DNA of 64,000 nt from contig NW_005201403.1 of NCBI RefSeq assembly GCF_000372725.1, positions 263,246 to 327,245 on the forward strand. Reading direction: 5' to 3'. A program made the translations under genes and the position numbers. Position 1 is the stretch's first letter. Each line of letters opens with the position of its first letter. The DNA comes from Emiliania huxleyi CCMP1516 (lineage: Eukaryota). A model generated the notes under the pieces. That model did no database searches. It was given only the letters and a program-made list of their open reading frames with translations, and had not been told where the DNA came from. Shown here in pieces: positions 55,130 to 64,000 of this stretch.

Positions 55130-56567
55130 TGCTCTGAAGAGCTCTCTAATGAAAACAAGAAAGGATAGCGACCTCTGACCAGCACCACGTCCTCCGCCCC
55201 GCCCCCGCCCCCCTCCGCCACCCCGCACCCGTGGCCGTGCACCCGAGCATAGCCGTGTTGCGTGTAGGGGCTGTAGCGGCTCGCCTCGCATCTCAGACAT
55301 CACCCTGGATCACGCCGCACTCCTCAAGGGCCATGCCACCCCGCCGTAGCTCTCTCGAGCGCCGCGGGCACCACCTCGAAGTCCATCTCCGGCCGCCGCA
55401 CACGCACATGAGGAGCGCGACGCCGCCGGGCGCGACGTGCTTTGCGACAGTTACAGTTGCCCAGAGGGCCGGCAAGCAGCTCCCCAGAGCAGCTCCCCGG
55501 CTAGGCGAGGTCTGAGCCGATCAGGACAAGGGTAGGGGAGGGCCACGGGGCCAGGGGTCAGGGCTAGGGCCAGGGCCAGGGGTAGGGCTAGGGCTAGGGG
55601 TAGGGGTAGGGGTAGGGGTAGGGGTAGGGGTAGGGGTAGGGGCATTCCGCGCGTCAGGTATCGCGGCTGTATCTCGGCTGTATCTCGGCTGGCATCTCGG
55701 TGGCACCTCCGCGCGGGCTCAAAGTCTGCCGACAGGCATTCGTCCCAGTCTAGCGACGCCATCCTCGCGGGCACGCCTGACAGCGGCCTGAGGAAGGCGA
55801 AGCTGTACGAGTACTGACTAGCACTCCTCTCACAGCGCCGCACTCTCGGACACGCCGTTCCGGCGCGCGTTGGCGGCGAGGCACGGCCCAGACTTGAGGA
55901 GCGCTCCTCATCGCCGCAGAGGTCGGAGAGAGTGACGTGCGCCGCGCCTAATCTCGCGTGATCGGGAGATCTCGTGACGGTCTCGGGAGATCTCGGCAGG
56001 CGGGGCCGCGCGCCGGCAAGCGCGGCGCTGATGCCTCCCACCCCGACGCCGCTACCGAGCTCGAGCACAGCTGTCCGAGTGTCGTTGCAGCGATGTGCTG
56101 AGGCCGACGCCGGCGTCCCACACCCGTGCGCCGACGCCGCACGCGGCGTCCGCTTCCTTCACCCGCTTCACCCTCAAGCCGGCTCCACAGCTTCCCGCTC
56201 CGGGGCCTCTCGCACTCGGGAGCAGAAATCTCCTTGTCCCGCCTCCCAGCCGCCCGCACGCCGCCGGGCCGCACACGGGTGCGCTCGGTGTCCGGCGCCT
56301 CAAACTCGACCAGCGGCGGCGGAGGCGTCGCCCGCCCGCAGGCTGCTCAGATACTCTATCACGAGACGGTCCTCATCCACCGCGACCACGCCACGCTGCC
56401 GGAGGAGCCAAAAGTTGGTCGGCGTGCCGATCGTTCCGAGCGGCGGCTGGGTGCGCGAGCGTCGGAAGACAGGCGCGGGAGAGGAGCAGCATCCCGAGTA
56501 GCAGTCGCAGCGGCAGCAGAAAAAGAAGGGCGAGCCTGCGTAACGAGTGGAACTCGTCGCGCGGCAT
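55130..56567 (-). CDS. Family-16 (METTL21-like) protein methyltransferase, spliced; ends approximate
   Basis: GARVWDAG, VLELGSGVGVGGI, VTLSD and LDWDE. Confidence 0.75.
55565..55641 (+). repeat. (GGGGTA)-type hexamer repeat in intron
   Basis: Visible directly. Confidence 0.9.
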
Positions 56568-56774
56568 GGCCAGGGCCTACCGGGTATGCAGTGCAAAAGA
56601 ATTTTTCCACCTCACTTTTTTTCTCCCAGTAAGCTAAAAGTCGTACATTTCGAGAGAGAACGTACATTTCAGAGATTTGTTGTAGAGTCTGTTGCGGGCA
56701 TTGAGAAACCTTACCATTAAGAAACTCTACCAAGCGATTTCCGCAAAAATCAAACACACAATCAAACACAAACA

Positions 56775-56905
56775 AGGCGTGAACCGCGCCATTCGCTCTC
56801 ACCTGGCAACCCTGTCTGCACGTCTCGCGCGCGCGTGAACAGGGCTCCAGGCCCCAAATGACGTGTGAGTGTTAGATTTGTTTGGTATTGCTAAAAATCT
56901 CTCTC
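56775..56905 (+). mobile_element. Short 3'-end copy of family B
   Basis: Reverse complement of ~29250-29380, ending in the (CT)n tail. Confidence 0.9.
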
Positions 56906-57040
56906 AAAAATCTAAGAAACCACGGCGCGCCGACCAAAAGAAACTCGCGCCCATCGTGCGTCCGTTGGTCCCTCAACGATTATAAAATGAAGCAGAGCAC
57001 GAAACAAGGTCAGCGGAGCAGCACACACGGGGCCTGCACA

Positions 57041-58399
57041 ATGCGGCGTGCGCTTCTCGCCGCGTGGCTGCCCATCTTAGCCAGAGCCCAGCCCGATGAG
57101 ACTTCTCCACCGAGCCCGTCGACCTGCAGCTACCCCAACTCGTTCCGGCAGACCCCGATTCGCCCCTTTTTCTATGAGTGGCGGGCCTCGCACGAGGGCG
57201 CCGTCATGCCTCCGCTGGAATACATCAGCGACGAGGCCTTTGCGTGGCTGCTGACGTACTGCACGTGGGTGAGCGTACTCATCATCGGTCTTGGCAGTGA
57301 GCTGATCGTGGGCCACATACTCGTCGAGGTCCTGTCGGTCAAGCGGCTCAAGCAGTTCTGGCAGGGCGCGCAGCTCGCCTTCCCCCTGTTCCTAAACATT
57401 GCGATCGCGAGCCGGAGCTACTGGGGTCTGCTGTTTCTCGTTCTCGGCCTGTGGAAGTGCGGCAGTCCCGAGACGATCGCCTTCTACAAGCTGGCACGCA
57501 AGCGCAACGATCCCTGGCTCGCGCGTCTCGAGCACGCGTGCAACTTTATTGGCACGCTCATCCACCACTCGGCGACCTCGCTCCTGGTAGTCAGCCTCGT
57601 GACAGGGCGGGAGCTCCTCGACCGCAACATGCTCACCTGCACGCTCCCCCTCGTCGTCCAGCACTGGACCGTCCTCCTCAAGTACGTTGACGCATTGCTC
57701 TGCACGGCAGCCGTTCTCGTCGTCGAGGTTGTCTGGGAGTGGGAGGTGCTCTGGAACCTGCAGCTCCACGACTGCATTGGATGGCACCTCGCGCTGATAG
57801 CCTGGGCGATGCTGGCCGCGCACTGGCTCTACCTCACCGCCGCGATCATCAAGCTTCTCCGCGCAAGGCCCACGATCCCCTCCCCTGCCGCGGGGCCTCA
57901 GCCCTTGCCAGCGAGCCTTGAGCGGGGGGACAGTGATCAGTCGCTCCAGAGCGCAGCGAGTGATGGCTCCGCCGGCATCCCGGCTCGCTGGTCAACGCGC
58001 TTCGCCGAGGGAGTCGAGCACAGATTCTCTGAGGCTCGCCTCCGCTTGAGCACGCTCACAGAGAGTCCAGTCAACGGCATGCTGCAAAAGCGGCAGAACG
58101 CCGCCTGGGGGATCGCGGGGGAGACGAGCGTGCTTGCGCCCCTTTCTGGCGCGCCCAGGGGGGGGCGCGAGCCCCGCGTCCGGTTCCGGGTTCCACGTTC
58201 GCCTCCCAAGGGGACCCGCCGCGAACCACGCGGACACCACGAGGACATGCCTCGCGAAACCGACTCTCCGGGTACCCCCAGCTCCGCCGGTCGTGCCGAC
58301 TCCGACATTGACGGGTGGCGAAGGGTGGTGCTGGGCTCGGAAGAGCTCGCTCGCCGCAAGCCGGGCCCAGTGCCGCAAGGCCGGCAGCCTATCGACTAG
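57041..58399 (+). CDS. Hypothetical multi-pass membrane protein with signal peptide
   Basis: MRRALLAAWLPILARAQ leader, several TM segments with His motifs (IHHS, QHW, AHW) and a disordered C-tail. Confidence 0.75.
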   Translation: MRRALLAAWLPILARAQPDETSPPSPSTCSYPNSFRQTPIRPFFYEWRASHEGAVMPPLEYISDEAFAWLLTYCTWVSVLIIGLGSELIVGHILVEVLSVKRLKQFWQGAQLAFPLFLNIAIASRSYWGLLFLVLGLWKCGSPETIAFYKLARKRNDPWLARLEHACNFIGTLIHHSATSLLVVSLVTGRELLDRNMLTCTLPLVVQHWTVLLKYVDALLCTAAVLVVEVVWEWEVLWNLQLHDCIGWHLALIAWAMLAAHWLYLTAAIIKLLRARPTIPSPAAGPQPLPASLERGDSDQSLQSAASDGSAGIPARWSTRFAEGVEHRFSEARLRLSTLTESPVNGMLQKRQNAAWGIAGETSVLAPLSGAPRGGREPRVRFRVPRSPPKGTRREPRGHHEDMPRETDSPGTPSSAGRADSDIDGWRRVVLGSEELARRKPGPVPQGRQPID

Positions 58400-58794
58400 C
58401 GCTGGCGCGGGGGCGCGGGCGTGGCTAGCGCTCCCCACGTGAGCAGTGTGCTGTGATCGACGTGTGATCGACGTGCGTGCGTGACCAACCACTTCCCCCG
58501 ACCGACTTGTGTGTGTGCGCTTTACGTGCGAGACCTGCAACACACCTCGCTCTCGAGACCTACCTGTTCCTGACTTCTGTCAGATCCCCATGCGGCGGCC
58601 CATCTGATGTAGCCCGGTCCACTATGTCAAAACCCCACTGAGAAATTATAAATTTCTCTAGAGCTGGTGCCGCCACTAGATGAAATGCTCCACTGGGCCC
58701 CCGGAACACGCCTGCGCGGCGGTGAGCAGTGAAGAGGCGCGGAAAGCTGATTTTTTTACTTTTGGACGCATTTCGGGCTCCGTACTGGTTGACG

Positions 58795-59468
58795 CAGAGC
58801 CGCACGCGTCGACCGGCGCCGTTCGCGACCACGAGGGCGGATGCTGGCCATCCCGGGCTCTGTGCACATCAGCAGCGCGCGTTCTACGCGCTCCCCTATC
58901 CAGATCTTGGCGAACCACCTCGAAAGCGCCGTTTTTATCTCGTGCAATCTCGAGCCGTGGAGATTAGGCCGAGATCGCTTTGAGCTGCGGGAGATGTTTG
59001 GGAGATACAGCTACAGTCACACGGACCCGCGGGGCGTGCGCAGCTCGCGACGGAGATGTTTACAGAGCCCGGGCTCGCTGCGAAGCGGTGAGCGGCGCCC
59101 GAACGGCACCGGGCCGCGTGCCGCTCTCTGCAGCTCCGACGCGGCCGGGCGGCTGCCAGAGCCGCACGCGCCGACCGGCGCTGTTCGCGACCACGAGGGC
59201 GGATGCTGGCCATCCCGGGCTCTGTGCACATCAGCAGCGCGCGTTCTACGCGCTCCCCTATCCAGATTCCGGCGAACCACCTCGAAAGCGCCGTTTTATC
59301 TCGTGCAATCTCGAGCCGTGGAGATTAGGGGAGATCGCTTTGAGCTGTGAGAGATGTTTGGGAGATACAGCTACAGTCACACGGACCCGCGGGGCGTGCG
59401 CAGCTCGCGACGGAGATGTTTACAGAGCCTGGGCTCGCTGCGAAGCGGTGAGCGGCGCCCGAACGGCA
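58795..59468 (+). repeat. Two ~314-bp direct repeats (period ~362 bp), probably subterminal to the adjacent transposon
   Basis: 58795-59108 matches 59157-59468. Confidence 0.9.
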
Positions 59469-59698
59469 GGGTAGCGTGTCGACCTAGACTGAACGCGACC
59501 GAGCAGCAAGGTACTAGGAGTGGCAGCCCGTGACAGCACCGGCAATACGCTTGGGGAGCGGTAGAGCAACGGCCCTGGTAGTGGTGGGCGAAGCAGCGAC
59601 GGCGATGGCGATGGCAGTGGCGGCCCTGGCGGCGACGGCCGTGTTGGCGGATGAGGCGGCGAGACGGCGACGGCGACCAGGGCGACCTGTGCAGGCCG

Positions 59699-62600
59699 TC
59701 ACGAGTCGTCACAGAGGTCGAAGTACTTTTCATCGCCTTCCAAGCCCTCGTCGAGCACGACCGCGTCCGCGCGCGCTGCCGCCGCAGCCCCTGCTCGGCG
59801 GAAGGCGTCCTGCAGCGGATGCTCGTAGGGAAGCGCGTCCTCTCGCGCCGCTGCCCGGAGGAGCCAGCGCAGCCGCACGCGCTCCTCGTGCATGAAGGCC
59901 GTGTTTGCTGCGCCGGCGGCCTCTCGCTCCCTCCTGGTCCTGAGCGCTCCGAGCGGGCTGATGCCCGGGCTGGTCGAGAGGTACTCGGCAAAGGACTGCT
60001 TGCTCATCAGCTCGTCGTCCGCGCAGTAGGCGAAGAGGCGGCGGCGGAACCAATGCGCCCACGGCCCGCACTGGTAGCCGTCGCTCTGCAAGTTGAGCGT
60101 CACGCTGACTAGCTGCCAGCCCGTGTCCTTTGGCGCCGCATCGAAGGCGTCCCGAACGCGCGCTAGAGGATGCGTGCGGCTGAAAATGCTGGTGCCGAAC
60201 GGCTCCCAGTGCACGGCGAGCCGCTGAGGCCCGATGAGCGCGACGTTGTGCCAATGGGCGCCGTCGCAGACCTGCTGCAACATCACGCAGTCGCAGAGTT
60301 GCAGCACCCGCTGCCCTCCTCTTTGACGGAAGATGCTGCATGCCGAGGCTACGTCGCGGGGGTAGTTGTACCGCAGCGGCGAGCCGGCGCCACTCTCGCC
60401 GTCTCGACGCTCGTCTACGTAGTGTGCGTTGGCGAGGTTCGAGTCGCTGAACCACTGCCGGTGGTAAGATGAGATGTAGCCAGCCTCGCCGACGCGCAAG
60501 TGGGGCGGTCCCTGTAGCTCTGGCTCCACCAGCTCGACCTCCACCTCCTCGTCGTCGGAGCCGGGTCTGCCGGCAAACAGCGCCTCGTCCTCGACCTCGT
60601 CCTCCCCTCCCGTCTCTTCTCCCTTCCTGCGGGCTTCCATGTCTGATATGATCGTGTCCCACGACACCCCCCCACCCTCGGCGCGGTTGGCAGCGGCTCT
60701 AGCCGCCTCGGCGTCCTCGGCTATCGCGCTGCGGCGCCAGCGAGGCGCCTCTGCCGAGCCAATCTGGCTCACATCAGAGACAGGGTTCCACAGCTGTTTC
60801 ATCGACCATGTCTCCACCTTGGTGAAGAACGGGCACTCCACGTACACGTTCTCCTCCTCGGTATCCTCGTGCAGCCAGCGAATCTTTATCTTGATTCTCA
60901 TGACCGCCTCGACGCGAGCGAGGTACACCTCTGGGTCTCCATCCTGCCGGACGGCCCAGAGGACCTCCACGACGTTCCCCACCTGCAGCGACCTCCGGAT
61001 CGCCGCTGTGCTCACGCCCTTCTCCAACGGCCAGCCCGGCTGGCGACCCTCGCCCTCCGCCGAGCTCGCCGTCCCGCCGTCGGCCGCGTCGGTCGAGCCT
61101 CCGGCCTCGCCCGAGCCCTCCTCCCCCTCCTCCTCCGCCCCGCCCTCCTCCTCCTCCTCCTGCGGCTCGTCCACGAACGCCGAGAGCTCCATGCTGTCGA
61201 GCCGGAGATCCTGCAACTGCGCGGCGAGGCCCTCCTTCTCGGTGACTCGCTTGGACACGTTGTGTCCGAGAGCGGCCGACGCGGCGCTCCAATCGGCTGC
61301 CGTTGTCGGGTATACGTGCCCGCGGTGCCGCGGTGCCGTGAGCCTTGTCGCGCACATCTCCGACCGGCGCTGCGTCCCGTGCAAATCGCGAGAGAGCGTC
61401 TTGACGACCGTCTCCGAGAAGAAGTTGCTGATCGGCACAAAGACGCCGACGCTCCAGATGGAATCGTAGACGTCGCTACCGCCCGCCACGTCGCGCAGCT
61501 GCGTCGGCCGCTTACAGCTTGCCAGCAGCTTAAAGACGCCGAGGGCGTCGTCCTGAAACCAGAGGCCGACCCCCTCGGTGGCGTTGGTGATCGCAGCGCT
61601 GAGCTCGGTGGCATCGGCCGAGTCGGGGAGGTGCGGCAGCATGCTCTGGATTAAGCCTCCCCGGCCCTGCTTCGCGAGCGCCAGCAGCTCCTGCGCCGAG
61701 AGAACAGCATGCTCTCCCTCCTCGTCCATAGTTCCCAGCGCCACGAGCGCGGGGTTCGTCCGCCACGCTGCCGTGTGCTGTCGGAAGTAGGTAGAAGCAG
61801 CGCGTGCGGCCTTGCGCACGATGGCCCGCACATCCAGGCGCGAGAACGCCGCCGTGTTCTTGGCGACCATTGCTCGCAGCGGCGCAAAGTCGCCCTTCCA
61901 TGGACGGCCGCCTTCGAGGTCGCGCGTCTCGTCGTTGTCGCTGGCGAGCGCGTCGAGGTAGGCGAGCCGCAGGCGAAGCACGCGGGGTGCCTTGAACGCC
62001 ACGCCCGGCCCGTCGTTCTCGGTAAACTTGAGGAAGCGGTCGGCCGACCGCTCGCCGTAGATGGCCAGGAACGAGAGCCACACGCGTATCTCCGGGTCGA
62101 GGAGCTCAAGCAGCAGCTCGCGCCGCGCGGCGTCCTTGATCGAGCTCACCTTCTCGAGCAGCGTGGCGCCAGTCAGCGCCAGCTTCTCACCGAACTCGTC
62201 GGTCTGCTCGGCGTCGGCAAAGAGCCCCTCGTCGCCCTGCGCGCAGAGCCACTCGTGCAAGAGACAGCACACGATCAGCTCGAGGCGCCGCGTCGTGGGC
62301 GCCAGCCACATGCACGTGTACACCCAGTAGAGCCACCGGGTGTCCACGCCTCCCGGCATGTCGCCGAGACGCGCCAGCCCCTCCGAGACGCGGACATAGT
62401 TTTTGCAGCCCTTCGACTCCTTGACGGCGAGCACGACGTCGGCCAGCAGCTGCGTCAGAGGGAGCGTGGGGAAGCGTTGGAGGGGTGTGTGAGCGCCTCT
62501 TACGTCGGGCGTGGCGCGCCTCCGGGATGCGATGCCGTCCGCTTTTGGTGGAGCCCGAGTGCGCGAGCAGGTGCTCGCGGCGGCAGGCACCAGCCGCCTC

Positions 62601-64000
62601 GCAGACATTCTTCACCTCGTTGTTGATCACGTGGGACAAGCAGAGGATAAAGAAGCACAGCACGTGCTTTGCCGCACGCATCGAGGTCCAGATGTGCGCA
62701 AAGGCGCCGCCCTTGTGCCGCTCCGACGCAATGGTCAAGCTGGCATTGGAGGCGGTGCCGTCGGAGACGCAGAAGTCGATCCGATCGATCGGCAGGCCGA
62801 GCTCGTTGACCGCGCGCACGTTGCTCGCGCCGACGTTCACGCCCGTCTTCTTGTGGCCATCGGCGTCTGGCCGGAGCTTAAAGGTGGCGATCACCTCGCG
62901 CTCACGCAGCGCCGGCAGCCTCTCGCACGACAGCGTGACGACGACCCAGGCCACCTTGTTGATCGTCACCTCGTCCCACTGCAGCACGTTTCGCCGCTTC
63001 GAGAAGGAGTTCTCCACAGCTCTCTGGCGCTGCACGAACCAGAACTGCATGTCGTGCAAGCGGACCGTCTCGTGGCTCTCGTGCTGCGGCCGCTCCGCCT
63101 CCGGGAGCGACTTCAGGTACCGCTTCGAGCAGGCCGTGGCGACGCCCTGCGCGCCACGCAGCGAGAGGGTCTTACCCGCCGCCGAATGGTAGAGCACGTT
63201 CGTCTCCTCTCGCCATTCTGGGAGGTAGATACCCCCCGCTCGGCTCGCGGGCAGCGCCAGGGTCGACGCCGCCGCGCCGGGTCTGCCGGGAGGCCGCCAC
63301 GAGAGCATGGCCACGTGAGTGCGCCGCATAAGCTCGAGGATCGTCTCGCCGGGCAGGACCTCGAGCGTGCGAAAGCGTCCGGCGCCGCGCAGCAACGAGC
63401 AGTATTGTCGCTTAAAGCGCTCGAGCTGGACCCGCAGCTCGCGCTGGAGGCTGGGGCTGCGCTGCAGCACCGCGTGGAGGGCGTGCAGCTCGTACAGCCC
63501 GCGGAGGCGCGGGATCTCGTCGGGGTGCCGCGCCTGCTCGGCAAGCGCGCGAAAGCACATTCCTAGCCGGCGAGGCTTGAGTGCGACGGCGTTCTCGTCC
63601 ATGGTCTCCAAGGCAAACTCGGCCATGGACAGCTGCCAGACGGCATCTGTGCCCCACGCAGCCTGCGGGTTGGAGAGCAGGCGCAGCATGTCGCGCTCCT
63701 TCTCCTGCCAGAGCTCGCGCAGATTGGCGAGCGCAGTCTCAATCTCCGCCCGCTGCGCTCGCAGCAGCTGCGACCTCGCCAACGCAGATTGCCTAGTCTG
63801 CACACCGGTCTCGAGGGCCTCGAGTGCGTCTGCGGCCGCAGCCTCCGCCAGCTGCACGCTGAGGCTACCCGTCGCGACGCCAGCGGCGCTAGTCAGCTGC
63901 GAGTCCTCAAGGCGAGGCCGCTGCGCCGTCCTGGCGCCTGTGGCGGTCGCGGGTGACCGACCTTTGCCGTAGCCGGGTTGGCGAACGCAAGCGGAGGCGG
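59699..64000 (-). mobile_element. Large hAT-like DDE transposase gene with Tudor-like and Ulp1-like protease domains; continues beyond window
   Basis: ORFs 62187..63857 and 59699..62608 are joined in frame by a 70-nt GC-AG intron (62450-62519). Motifs LQWDE, CVSDGTASN, CLSH, VPISNFFSE; VGNVVEVLW...YLARV; HWHNV...WEPFG...LQSDGYQCGPW. Confidence 0.7.

Noticed and set aside
55565..55641. Telomere-like G-rich hexamers
   Set aside because: The units are GGGGTA/GGGCTA rather than a regular telomeric array, and they lie inside an intron.
56882..57040. Upstream extension of the membrane-protein ORF
   Set aside because: It starts inside the family B retroelement tail; the signal peptide begins at ATG 57041.

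Overview
GC-rich eukaryotic nuclear DNA from a draft assembly with several N-gaps. It is probably a haptophyte alga such as Emiliania/Gephyrocapsa huxleyi; this is inferred from the GC-AG introns, 10-bp intronic tandem repeats and a bipartite plastid leader. Recognisable spliced genes: THOC5, a CCDC151/ODAD3-like 3' fragment, plastid-targeted SecA, a TLC-domain protein, FHA and RCC1 proteins, an MFS transporter, GPC1 acyltransferase, an EF-hand protein, a kinesin-8, RPL37a and a family-16 methyltransferase. Mobile DNA is abundant: a DIRS-like RT-RNase H remnant, two non-LTR families, a TA-flanked MITE, a long inverted-repeat element, and a large hAT-like transposase fused to a Tudor-like domain and a Ulp1-like protease. 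The most striking signal is intron structure. Many introns begin with a degenerate copy of the first 12-35 nt of the next exon, followed by filler DNA. One filler is a perfect 57-bp copy of an intron in the neighbouring gene, which suggests an active 'duplication plus templated filler' route to new introns. Exon boundaries were read by eye, and family calls come from motif recognition, not database searches.
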